Origin: a virus
Lineage: Duplodnaviria; Caudoviricetes
DNA: 46,946 nt
IMG/VR virus record: IMGVR_UViG_3300037483_000880
Location: 1-46,946 of that record
Strand: one strand, 5' to 3'
This document shows, piece after piece, positions 28,901 through 37,131 of this stretch; position 1 is the stretch's first letter, and the number at the start of each line of letters is the position of its first letter. A program made the position numbers and the translations under genes. The notes beneath the pieces are model-generated. The model ran no database searches. It saw nothing but the letters and a program-made list of their open reading frames with translations, and had not been told where the DNA came from.

Positions 28901-29262
28901 ACCTAAACGGCACACCTGTACTCACCGACCCTGATATCGGAGCCTATGAGTACCCTGGTGGTCTTTATTTCAACTCCGCAGCAGCAGATGGTGGCAACGG
29001 CACCAAATCACGGCCCTACAATACCTGGGCTGATTATCTATGGACCGGCTACAACCTGCGAGCTGGGGCAGAGATTTATCTGCAGGGTGCAATGGCTGGC
29101 ACGCTGGATTTATCCGGACTGACCGACACCGGGAAAATTTCTATTAAACCTTGGCCAGGCAAAAAACTACAGACAATAAATGGCTTCATTCCAAACGGCA
29201 CCGATACGACACTACAAGCAGGGCCAACGTTTTTACCGCAGGTTTGTTTCCCACCATTCTAA
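25942..29262 (+). CDS. Large secreted modular protein (beta-helix, LamG-like insert, BNR/Asp-box propeller)
   Basis: Signal peptide; Asn/Ile beta-helix repeats; five S-x-D-x-[GW] boxes; PDIGAYEY; G-GT-SRPY motif. Confidence 0.7.
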   Translation: MMMMERILMLVLCWMMVIAGNCYAATDTIYLAATQQGDGSHTSCATAADWATYRDNSAMWAATDTADGLIGPNDAVRFCDDGGVFRGQITLYQSGLSGKNITFEAAENEHPVFSGANVFPADSWTKYPYMPGTPAYGSADTNLKYWDREITNGTLTMTTTGCQTDVCFDTAGTAAGAKVFLQGNFGVGDDDQAGEIETTFWIKVDAVGNMSTTASNILEYLNDDYSSVIAGLSIKIVGSDAVITTDIAGATGDECSATVFPAADNGVWRKITWEFQVADGEGGEYSTLLVDDVQVDSQSTFGGATTKPESMRYGRITKPDDDTSVMSFDDITAIDKDHADPLLSGDRPYKIIVDDSFDYGVWQSAAITAGPDALFYNGAVKLVKSTTNVGHGTGVWNYLSADQTLILTWPNDPDLEPINSEIDEGISYTAYDYAFNFAGKDRIDIDGLELLNYELAGVLFNNTTTSKLSNCNIHDNVVNGIRSLYTNVGIIVVGNTIKNNHQYGVDFASAAGELQIRYNKIISNNIGLYGGAAQTSAIIANNVIAYNWVDGLKINGVAGYTAINNIFEYNGGLAINGLATSALTHSNNSLLRSFGDIVSYNGVSYTAATIGDFEASTIVGNINNHQSEMVGIPTFSFTTPTGIISAFFDGTSAIDLKKSTDGGLTYGDTLQSIGNSATCTGHSALITQDGSYLLSTRGCGDINNNGVYRSIDAGASWALVLPTPSGSVWGMSQGPTGIIHAGFYVDLNPSIYTSTDDGASWIEKVDLSHTARHIHDVAVSPAGTAYATYGDGWYFSTLNDYPGNQHGVIKSTDNWESFTHVYQTLNQQTKIIPLADRTIFASDAGTDGTSIFVAFAGQLEPIMVYRDTKYTWATAAFSDPAGECVYIFNNTGGDALAAYVKALVSCDKGIHWDVLGVFASTAAYDGYSRPQTYYSSSVPTLVRSDAAVAVSNLLNLPYFDSYLLSDAGINDGVPVTGIHDQATPATDLNGTPVLTDPDIGAYEYPGGLYFNSAAADGGNGTKSRPYNTWADYLWTGYNLRAGAEIYLQGAMAGTLDLSGLTDTGKISIKPWPGKKLQTINGFIPNGTDTTLQAGPTFLPQVCFPPF

Positions 29263-29269
29263 ACAAGAG

Positions 29270-29359
29270 GAATGAGGTAAAAGTCAATGTGCCACTGGAT
29301 GCGCCGGAATGGTTTGTCGTCTCTGCCGCGTCCGTGACATACAATTTTATCCCTAAACC
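29270..29359 (+). repeat. 90-bp direct repeat copy 1 (orphan FN3 gene 3' end)
   Basis: 88/90 identical to 30505-30594. Confidence 0.95.
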
Positions 29360-29362
29360 CTG

Positions 29363-29509
29363 ATGGCTATTGATCTTCAACTTGCAGATAAACTCTTGAA
29401 AGAGATAGGATACGTCAGCTCCTGTGCCGGCTGTACAAACAAATGGCAGGTATGTCTTGCTTGTCGTAAGGGAAACAGGAATAATTCTGTATTTCCAAAG
29501 GTGAGATAA
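29363..29509 (+). CDS. Small Cys-rich protein (48 aa)
   Basis: MAIDLQ...CAGC...CLAC; ATG overlaps the TGA of the repeat remnant. Confidence 0.45.
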   Translation: MAIDLQLADKLLKEIGYVSSCAGCTNKWQVCLACRKGNRNNSVFPKVR

Positions 29510-29581
29510 ATGACAGACTCAATAGCAAAGTGCCAGCATGGGCAGGGTGCTGGCCGTGGCAATTAACAAGGAGATGACAAT

Positions 29582-29857
29582 ATGACAGCACCAATAGCAA
29601 CACCAGATCCAGTGAATAAATCCTACAGGGTGGGAGCAGGCCTCTTCTCCGGTGCTGCCGCAATGACGTTCCCGATTGCTAATGCGATATGCAACCTGCT
29701 ACGGGAATACGGCCACAGTATACCAGACAGCCTTGAAAATGCCTGGATACAGGTTATTGTCATGGCCCTTGGCCTTTTGGGGACTGGTTTTACGTGGTGG
29801 TCTAAACTGCGGGAGAAATCACCCGCCAATCAGGAGAAAAAGGACAAGGTTGAATAA
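29582..29857 (+). CDS. Holin-like membrane protein
   Basis: Two hydrophobic segments, charged C-terminus, AAGGAG RBS. Confidence 0.55.
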   Translation: MTAPIATPDPVNKSYRVGAGLFSGAAAMTFPIANAICNLLREYGHSIPDSLENAWIQVIVMALGLLGTGFTWWSKLREKSPANQEKKDKVE

Positions 29858-30171
29858 TGGCGACACCGCTGGAAGGTATGTCTCATGAGCAGTGGCAGAC
29901 ATTGATAGGGTTGTTGAGCGATATTTCCAGCAACCTGACATTAAAAACTTATACTCTGACCGGTGCCGTTGATTGGTACTGGATTGTGGTATTGGCCGTT
30001 GCTTTGTCTGCTTGGCTCGGGTATATCCATCAGGACCTCAAAAGCCATATCATCAGACAAGAGTCTCTGGTGAAAGAGGAGCGTGTTGACAGGGAAAAAA
30101 ACGACGCTCTCATATGGGCCGCGCTGGATAAGTGCCAGGAGAAATGCCATAATCGAAGGGCTGGTGATTAA
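29857..30171 (+). CDS. Single-pass membrane protein, possibly lysis-associated
   Basis: TM WYWIVVLAVALSAWLGYI plus coiled coil. Confidence 0.5.
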   Translation: MATPLEGMSHEQWQTLIGLLSDISSNLTLKTYTLTGAVDWYWIVVLAVALSAWLGYIHQDLKSHIIRQESLVKEERVDREKNDALIWAALDKCQEKCHNRRAGD

Positions 30172-30214
30172 TGAAAAACACGGTGAGCAAACAACAAACT
30201 ATGAGGTAAGGACT

Positions 30215-30598
30215 ATGTTAATTAGAAAAGTTTTTATATGTTTTGCTACTTCGTTTTTATTGTGCGCCCCTGCTGCCTGGGCCGCTGACCTGACTTTCGG
30301 CTGGTCACCGAACACACAATCAATCTTGGCCGGGTACATGATTCATTATGGGTCGGTGTCCGGGAAATATACGGAACATGTTGACGTGAAAATCCCCGCA
30401 ACCGTTGACGGAGCCGTGAAGTATACGGTGAAGGGGATCGGCCCTGGTCTGAAATACTTTGCCTGTACCGCCTACGCGCCTGACGGACTCAATAGCGCAT
30501 ATTCGAATGAGGTAAAAGTCAATGTGCCACTGGATGCGCCGGAAGGGTTTGTCGTCTCTGCCGCGTCCGTGACATACAGTTTTATCCCTAAACCATAA
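30215..30598 (+). CDS. Secreted fibronectin type III-like protein
   Basis: Signal peptide; W-PN..LAGY-IHYG..SG-Y..YFACTAY..S-YSNEV. Confidence 0.75.
   Translation: MLIRKVFICFATSFLLCAPAAWAADLTFGWSPNTQSILAGYMIHYGSVSGKYTEHVDVKIPATVDGAVKYTVKGIGPGLKYFACTAYAPDGLNSAYSNEVKVNVPLDAPEGFVVSAASVTYSFIPKP
30505..30594 (+). repeat. 90-bp direct repeat copy 2
   Basis: 3' end of the FN3 gene; matches 29270-29359. Confidence 0.95.
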
Positions 30599-30610
30599 AA
30601 AGGATCATAC

Positions 30611-30874
30611 ATGCCAACAATCTCATTTAGTCCGGAATGCAGACCAGCGAACGGAGACAAGTGGGGCTGCAACAAATCTGGGAAGTGTAGAAATCTTATT
30701 GGATCCTTGATGGACCGATCAGCTGTTGAAGAGGATGGCGTGTCGAGTTTGTACCTATACCCGGGAGAGTACGCCAGGGAACAGGAGTTTGTGAAAGAAG
30801 TAAGGGATGAGTGTCGTAATTTGTGGGTGACGCCTGATGAAAAAAATCTGGAAGCCGAAGCAGACGAAATGTAA
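30611..30874 (+). CDS. Hypothetical protein
   Basis: 87 aa, AAGGA RBS. Confidence 0.55.
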   Translation: MPTISFSPECRPANGDKWGCNKSGKCRNLIGSLMDRSAVEEDGVSSLYLYPGEYAREQEFVKEVRDECRNLWVTPDEKNLEAEADEM

Positions 30875-31161
30875 TCAGCCAAGGAAGGAAAGGTTTTACT
30901 ATCCTAGCCGCAAATGGCTGATGAAAGAGCCATGCCCATTCGCTTGTCGGGCAGAGTGTGATATATTCAAAAGGCTGCGCGGGGAATTGTGATCGGTCCG
31001 GTGATGAAATGTGGGCATTTTGGTTGCTCTCCCGGGCAGTGCATTTATTATTTGTCACTGCTTGAAAACTGCGCACACCCGGACAATTCGCTTGTTGGTC
31101 ACACATGGCACGGCCCATGTCAATGGTGGGTTGTGCTGCCAAAACTTGAAGAGGATTATGG

Positions 31162-31644
31162 ATGACAATAAAAATGCCAGAGATAGGGGACGTGATAACG
31201 GTTGACTGGGGCCTTGCTCTGTGCCAGCATCTAAGCCTTGATTATCTTATCGAACGCCTGCAGAATCATCCAGAACTATACAAGCCGTTTAAATTCGACG
31301 GCGTGTCGTTCTTTCCCGATCAATATCTCGGAATATTCAATGGCGGCAGAGGCCACCTAATTACCCGGGAAGCCTTGCCGCATGACCTTGCATTTGCTTA
31401 TGGCACACTGGAGCGCGAAGATCCGGAGAAGAAGGCGGCTGAATGGGAAACATCAAACAACCGCTTCGAGTCTGACACTATTCGGAACGCTCACGTCTCC
31501 CCGGAAACCGCTCGGATGCTTCGCCGTCTTGTCGAGCTTGGCGGCAGGGAAGAGTTCCACCAACCGTGGTGCTGGGGTTTTTCCCACGTCAATATCGTCC
31601 AGGAAAAGTGGGGGTTGATTGGTAATCTGTGGGGTAGGTTATAA
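31162..31644 (+). CDS. Prokaryotic phospholipase A2-like protein
   Basis: FDG-S, PHDLAFAYG, V-LGG..W-WGF pattern. Confidence 0.5.
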   Translation: MTIKMPEIGDVITVDWGLALCQHLSLDYLIERLQNHPELYKPFKFDGVSFFPDQYLGIFNGGRGHLITREALPHDLAFAYGTLEREDPEKKAAEWETSNNRFESDTIRNAHVSPETARMLRRLVELGGREEFHQPWCWGFSHVNIVQEKWGLIGNLWGRL

Positions 31645-31649
31645 CCACG

Positions 31650-34577
31650 TCACTCACCACAAATTTCATCAACAGTTTTACCACACATTTTGCATATTAC
31701 AGTTTGATCATCGCAAAGATGCCGTTTAATATGTGCTAGAAAAATATCACCTTTTGATGGTTTATGATCTTTTTCTGTGTGGTGCCATGGGTATGATGGT
31801 GCGTTGCGCATGCCGACCTCGGCATAATTATTACTGAAAAACTCTGGAGAAATATACCATCTGCTCCCCTGTGCGTCTCTTGCTATCTTCCCACCTTCCT
31901 TGGGTATTTCTCCTGGGGCAACTGAAACTCCAGATAAACTCTCTCCTACAATGTAGTCGCGCATTTCCTGTTCTGCTGTTTTGATAAATTTTTTCCACAT
32001 CATTTTTCATTCTCCAAAAGGTTTATAGTCCACAGTCTGATCTGTTTGTAAGGCACAATCCTTATCATTCCACTGAGGTATTATTTGTCGTTATCCACCG
32101 AACCGTATTAAACCGCTGCTGTTTTTTACAATAAACACATTGGCGGAAAACGTCTGCCGGCTTGTTAATTCCTGGCCTCTGCACTCCTGCAAAATATGAC
32201 CATTTGTGCACCCCAAAAACACACGCCAGCGCGCTGGTGGTCAGAATCTCTGTCTTTTCCATACCGTTCCTCCAAAATGTTATAACCAGACCACCACAAG
32301 GGCTACGGCAAAAGCTATCCAGCACCACGCTGTTAAAATGCGGGGGACACCGCTTCTGTTACTATTTTCATAAAACCCATGGCCTAAAAGCGGAATAACC
32401 GACGCGACCAGAGACGCCACTATTTTAAATTTCGTCATATCATCCATTTTTCTCCTCGTTATATAAAAACCACGTTAACAGTAACCTGTACCTTAATACA
32501 ATTGTCCGTATTGCACCGATACCTCGCACCATGTTTGGCCAGGGCCGATTCACTATCCCCTTCCCGCTCCCGTATCGTTGACGGCATCAGTTCTCCGGTT
32601 GGGGATAGATAGGCCCATAGTTTGCGGGGGAAGCAGGCTTTGCTTGAGTTGTTCCCAACAACATTGCACTCAGAGTGCGGTCCGCGTTTCCCGCAGTCGC
32701 ATATATCGTAGTCGGGGATAGTCATTTCAGCCCTCCCGAATGATATTTATTTTTTCTCCACAATGGTAGCAAAAAAATAGCTTGCAATCTTGCGCATTAA
32801 ACCGCAATCGGTCATTATATACGGTGATTTTTATTTTACCTGTCAAAAAATCGTCCGACATCCCATCACAGCAGAATTCAATTTTTGTTACCCCATTACA
32901 TGGGCCGTGCACATATACCTTCATTTCGCTCATCTCCCCTCCATAAATTATTTACCAACATCTTGCGCTTCATTCCAAGGATTGACTTCAGGGCTAGAAA
33001 CCGAACCGTTATTCTTGATATCTGCCCATGACCAAGATTCCGCGCCGTCAACATGAAGATGAAATCTTATCTCACCATTCGGAAGCTCTGGGTGGTTAGT
33101 TTCTCTTAAAATAGCTTGTACTTTGTCTGCAATTTCTCGTTTTTGTCGAATTGAAAACATGTCATTCTCCTTTTTATAAGTCCACCGCTCACTCCCTCAT
33201 CTTCTTGCTTACTGGCTGCGTCGTACTACGCGCCGTGATCCCGTGCTGTTCAGCGCAGGCCACACCTACCGCCAGTACCTTCCGAAGTTCTGTCATGGCA
33301 GCGTAGTCTCCGTTGCTACTGGCCCATGCCGCTTCGGCATCAGTCAGCAGCGTTCGCATTAGCAGCAGCCAACCACCAACCTCGTGCGGTCGCTGTTCAA
33401 TCGTACCCCACTTGCGGTCTTGGTAGTGACGTTCGCTATCGATTGATTCGTAAACTTTTGCACGTTCCATACTTTCTCCTTTTGGTAAAATGTGGGCCAG
33501 GAAGTATTCCTGCCAGCAGCTTCTTTGCTCCTGTGCTCAACACGATCCGGATTGCTTCCGGGTAATTGTTTTTGCTCATCTCGTTCTCTCCCTGTGGTTT
33601 ATGGTATGTTTTTCTGCCCAGTCTTCCCATAACATTGTTACTTCTTTGCGGAGCCTGGCGGACCTCACGTCGAAACGATCAAACCCTTTAGTCTCCCACA
33701 TTAATTCTACCAGCACGCATAGCTCGTCTGTGCTCTGGATGGAAAGAGAGCCGGTAAAATTATTTTTGCTCATCCCTCACCCTCCACTTTAAACCACGCC
33801 GAATCAACCATCGTGATTGGTTGCGCGAATGTCCGGCCGCAATGGGGACATGGCTCTCCGCCATCTGCCGACGCCAGGAATCCGCTTTCGGCGACAGGAG
33901 ACTTCATAATCCCGGTTATTTTTCTTTTCACTCCAGACTCATCTCTTCTGTAATCCGTGACAACTACGTCGCCAACTTTTATCATTTCACCCCTCCTGGA
34001 AACTCTGCAGCATATCGCCTGCCCTTTCAACTCCGCCGAAACACCTGCGCTTACTGTGCCAGTGGCTTGCCTACATATCCTTGCTCGCCTTTTTTGGCCT
34101 CGGTTCCGGGAATGCGCACGCCATAATAACATCCGAAAACGCGAGACTTGGTATTCCATCCAGAGGCGCAAGCATCATTGTCGTGTTTTTTATGCTTCGG
34201 CCCACGCTTGCAATCAAGGCAAGCAACCCATCGTGTTTCATCTACTGGCATTTTCTCACCCTCCCAATTTTAAAAGACGGCCGGTCTTTCACCGGCCTGG
34301 TTCATGGCTTTATTCAAAATGGCGTTATTGCCTTCAGCGCGTCTTCCAGCTCGCATCGCACAATAGCAATAGCTTGGCACTTCGCCTCGGTAATATCTTT
34401 GCTGGCAAGCTCTCTCATCCCTATTCCTAGTCCATAACAATCCATCAACCACGTATCTTCAGGATAGGCTACGTGACGATGAACCGATATGCTTATCTTG
34501 CCCGCCCTCAGAGCGGCACTTTTTATTTTATCACCGCCAGTTTTGCTTAGAATAAAATTATCCTTCCATTCTGCCAT
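31650..34577 (-). other. Leftward cluster of small accessory genes
   Basis: Tightly packed minus-strand ORFs, most with GGAG-type RBS: 31650-32003, 32065-32262, 32459-32725, 32727-32933, 32948-33160, 33189-33470, 33576-33773, 33770-33985, 34051-34251, 34314-34577. Confidence 0.7.
33189..33470 (-). CDS. MazG-like all-alpha protein
   Basis: I-SER-YQD-KWG..H..ELRKVLAVGVAC-E pattern. Confidence 0.45.
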   Translation of the reverse strand: MERAKVYESIDSERHYQDRKWGTIEQRPHEVGGWLLLMRTLLTDAEAAWASSNGDYAAMTELRKVLAVGVACAEQHGITARSTTQPVSKKMRE

Positions 34578-34625
34578 AATATCCCTCCAAGTTAAATTTT
34601 CGGTAAAGTTCGCTCCCATTTCTGC

Positions 34626-34711
34626 CACCATATCACACGATTTTGCCGAACGCAAGAAAATAAGTTTATGAAAATAAATTTATTGACATGAACCTAACCG
34701 GGTGGTAAAAG
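34626..34711. promoter_or_regulatory. Divergent early promoters
   Basis: Plus: TTGACA(34683)-17nt-TAAAAG; minus: TTGCGT-17nt-TATGGT. Confidence 0.5.
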
Positions 34712-34718
34712 GAAAGAC

Positions 34719-34925
34719 ATGGACGATAAATTAAAGGAAATCGACAGCGAAATAATGACCCCGCAGCAGGTGTCCGAATACTGCGGATTCTCGCTAAATT
34801 ATGCCCACCGGCTTTTTGACAGTGGGAAAATACCACACATTACGAGGGGAACGGCAAAGCTCACGATCAGGAAGTTTGTTGAACCGTTTGTGATGCCTAA
34901 AAACATGAGGAGGGGGAAGAATTGA
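34719..34925 (+). CDS. Xis/MerR-like helix-turn-helix protein
   Basis: MTPQQVSEYCGFS..L-DSGKIP pattern. Confidence 0.7.
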   Translation: MDDKLKEIDSEIMTPQQVSEYCGFSLNYAHRLFDSGKIPHITRGTAKLTIRKFVEPFVMPKNMRRGKN

Positions 34926-35227
34926 AACCAGCAATCAACTTTGCCGTAACATTAACCATAGGCATCCTGCTGGTTGCGCTGCTGTCCAGAGCATTCGACA
35001 TGGCCATTATGCAGCAGATGGACCAGACCAGCGGCCAGGCTGCCGAGACATTGGGGGAGAAATGAAAGGGAAATCAAGGGAAATATTTAGAAAACCAACA
35101 TCTGAATTAATTGCAGAAGTGGTAGCCATCGCCGCGGTGCTCGCAATCGTATATTTCGTGTTCGTCGGCTACGATTGCTCGAGCAGTATCGACCTGCCGG
35201 ACAACGTAACCATTGTGGGGAAATGAC

Positions 35228-35662
35228 ATGGACAAACCAATTACGATAACCGTTGACGGTCCGCCAATTGCTCAAAAAAGACCGCGTTTCTTTCGCCGCG
35301 GCGCAGGGGTAGGGACATATAACCCGCAGGAAGCTGAAGCCGGCCAATGGGTTCTGGCAGCAAGGCCGCAGGTACCGCTTAAGATGATTGGCGCGGTTTA
35401 TCTCGAGATCCTGTTTTCTTTCCAGCGGCCCAAGTCGCATTATGGCACCGGCAAGAACAGTGATAAGCTGAAGGCAACTGCTCCAGAGTATCATACGGCA
35501 AAACCTGATCTTGATAACTGCATAAAATTTGTCAAGGATTGCCTGCGCAACTTGGCATTTGAGGACGATTCGAAGGTGGTTGCCTTATTTGCAAAAAAGC
35601 AATGGGGGGATCCGAGAACAGTGGTAAGAATTTTTTCACACAACAAGGAGACAGCGACATGA
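35228..35662 (+). CDS. rusA: RusA-family Holliday junction resolvase
   Basis: RPRF, KPDLDN-IK-V-D, DDSKV motifs. Confidence 0.9.
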   Translation: MDKPITITVDGPPIAQKRPRFFRRGAGVGTYNPQEAEAGQWVLAARPQVPLKMIGAVYLEILFSFQRPKSHYGTGKNSDKLKATAPEYHTAKPDLDNCIKFVKDCLRNLAFEDDSKVVALFAKKQWGDPRTVVRIFSHNKETAT

Positions 35663-36012
35663 AAAGGGAACGAACGATTGAATATTTGAAATACACTTTT
35701 TCCGATGAAGAAAAAAAGGATTTGGCCATGCAGATGGCCCAGACCAGCATCAAAAAAGACAGCTTGGAGCAGCAAAAAACCGCTGTAACAAAACAATTTG
35801 CATCTGATATAGCCCAGGCCGGAATCATCATCCAGTCATGCGCCAGCAAGATAGAGAGCGGTTACGAAATGCGGCAGATTGACTGCGAGGAAGAGCCTGA
35901 CTTTGAGAAAAGAATACTGAAAACATACCGCACAGACACCGGCGAGCTTGTGAAAACAAGGCCGCTTCGTTCTGATGAAATGCAGAAAAGCCTTTTTGAC
36001 AACGAAGAATAA
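35659..36012 (+). CDS. Hypothetical phage protein
   Basis: AAGGAG RBS; RTDTGE-V-TRP..EMQ-SL motif. Confidence 0.7.
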   Translation: MKRERTIEYLKYTFSDEEKKDLAMQMAQTSIKKDSLEQQKTAVTKQFASDIAQAGIIIQSCASKIESGYEMRQIDCEEEPDFEKRILKTYRTDTGELVKTRPLRSDEMQKSLFDNEE

Positions 36013-36026
36013 GCAAGGGGGGAGAG

Positions 36027-36359
36027 ATGATACGCATAGAAAAACGCAGAATGTCAGGTGGTAGAATTCTTACCGAAGTCTTTGACTCTGATGGTGAGAA
36101 GATAGGGACCATCTTGCCAGTAGAGGGCAAGGAGAATATAAAATTTGCGGCGCCTCTCGGCTTAGGAACTTATTCCCACACATCCGTCAGTTTTGACGGA
36201 TGGGGTAAGACGCCCGAGGAAGCGGTTGCAAATGCCAGGGACAACGGCCGGGCCGGGCTGAACGAGATGCAGGATCGCTTCGATGAGTTGTCCTTCGACA
36301 TTGACAACGACGGCATAACCGCTGGGTGGGGTAAATGGTTGACAAGGAAAAATGGTTGA
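36027..36359 (+). CDS. Hypothetical protein
   Basis: 110 aa with RBS. Confidence 0.6.
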   Translation: MIRIEKRRMSGGRILTEVFDSDGEKIGTILPVEGKENIKFAAPLGLGTYSHTSVSFDGWGKTPEEAVANARDNGRAGLNEMQDRFDELSFDIDNDGITAGWGKWLTRKNG

Positions 36360-36376
36360 CAAGGAAAAGGTGAAAA

Positions 36377-36715
36377 ATGCCACGCAATATCAGTTTTTCA
36401 ATGACCACTGCGCAATTCAAGGCAAAGACAAAAACTGTTACACGAAGATTCGGGTGGTGGTTTTTGCGGCCAGGAGACACGCTTATGGGAGTTGAAAAGG
36501 CAATGGGCCTCAAAAAAGGCGAGAAGATTAAGAAAATAGGCATGATAAGAGTTGTATCTGCCAAGGCGGAACGGCTGCGTGAAATAACCCCAGAAGACGT
36601 AGTGCGGGAAGGTTTCCCCGGATGGACTACAGGTCAATTCATCGAAATGTTGTCAAAGTATTACGGAGCTTCTTCGTATTCGGTTGTTAACCGGATAGAG
36701 TTCGAATACATATAA
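36377..36715 (+). CDS. ASCH/PUA-like domain protein
   Basis: ISFS, KTVTRR-GW, IT-EDV-REGF motifs. Confidence 0.8.
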   Translation: MPRNISFSMTTAQFKAKTKTVTRRFGWWFLRPGDTLMGVEKAMGLKKGEKIKKIGMIRVVSAKAERLREITPEDVVREGFPGWTTGQFIEMLSKYYGASSYSVVNRIEFEYI

Positions 36716-36910
36716 AATTAGTTGGCAAATAACCAAAATTTTGTATCATAGAGGAAGCAAAAATGCTAATTGAGCCGGGAATCTCAATACACACAACAAC
36801 AAATTTTGCCCAGTGGGGCGCGTTTTCCTTCCTCTGCTTCCCGGCTCAGATTGGCGCGTCCTGCTGGGCTTTTTCATTTCGCATTGACCTAAACAAAGGA
36901 GGATCGAGAG

Positions 36911-37120
36911 ATGAAAGCAGAAACCGAAGTAACGTTTTATTGTGACGAACTGCAAGGACTGATTGAAAAATCAATGAGGAAACAATTCAATATTCCAGAC
37001 GATTTCATCGCTGATTTCACCAGCGCATACATTTCAAACAGCGTTAGGGTAGTTTTCAAAAGCAAGCCAGAGCCTAAAGAAGAAGTATTCGAGGAATTTA
37101 CCGAAGAAACGATGAGTTGA
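36911..37120 (+). CDS. Hypothetical protein
   Basis: AAGGAGG RBS. Confidence 0.6.
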   Translation: MKAETEVTFYCDELQGLIEKSMRKQFNIPDDFIADFTSAYISNSVRVVFKSKPEPKEEVFEEFTEETMS

Positions 37121-37131
37121 GGAGGATTGAG

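Noticed and set aside
29270-30594. Diversity-generating retroelement TR/VR pair
   Set aside because: Only two mismatches, not both at adenines on either strand, and no reverse transcriptase ORF
32279-32338. Integron attC-like site (TAAC...GTTA)
   Set aside because: Arms do not fold into a convincing hairpin and there is no integron integrase
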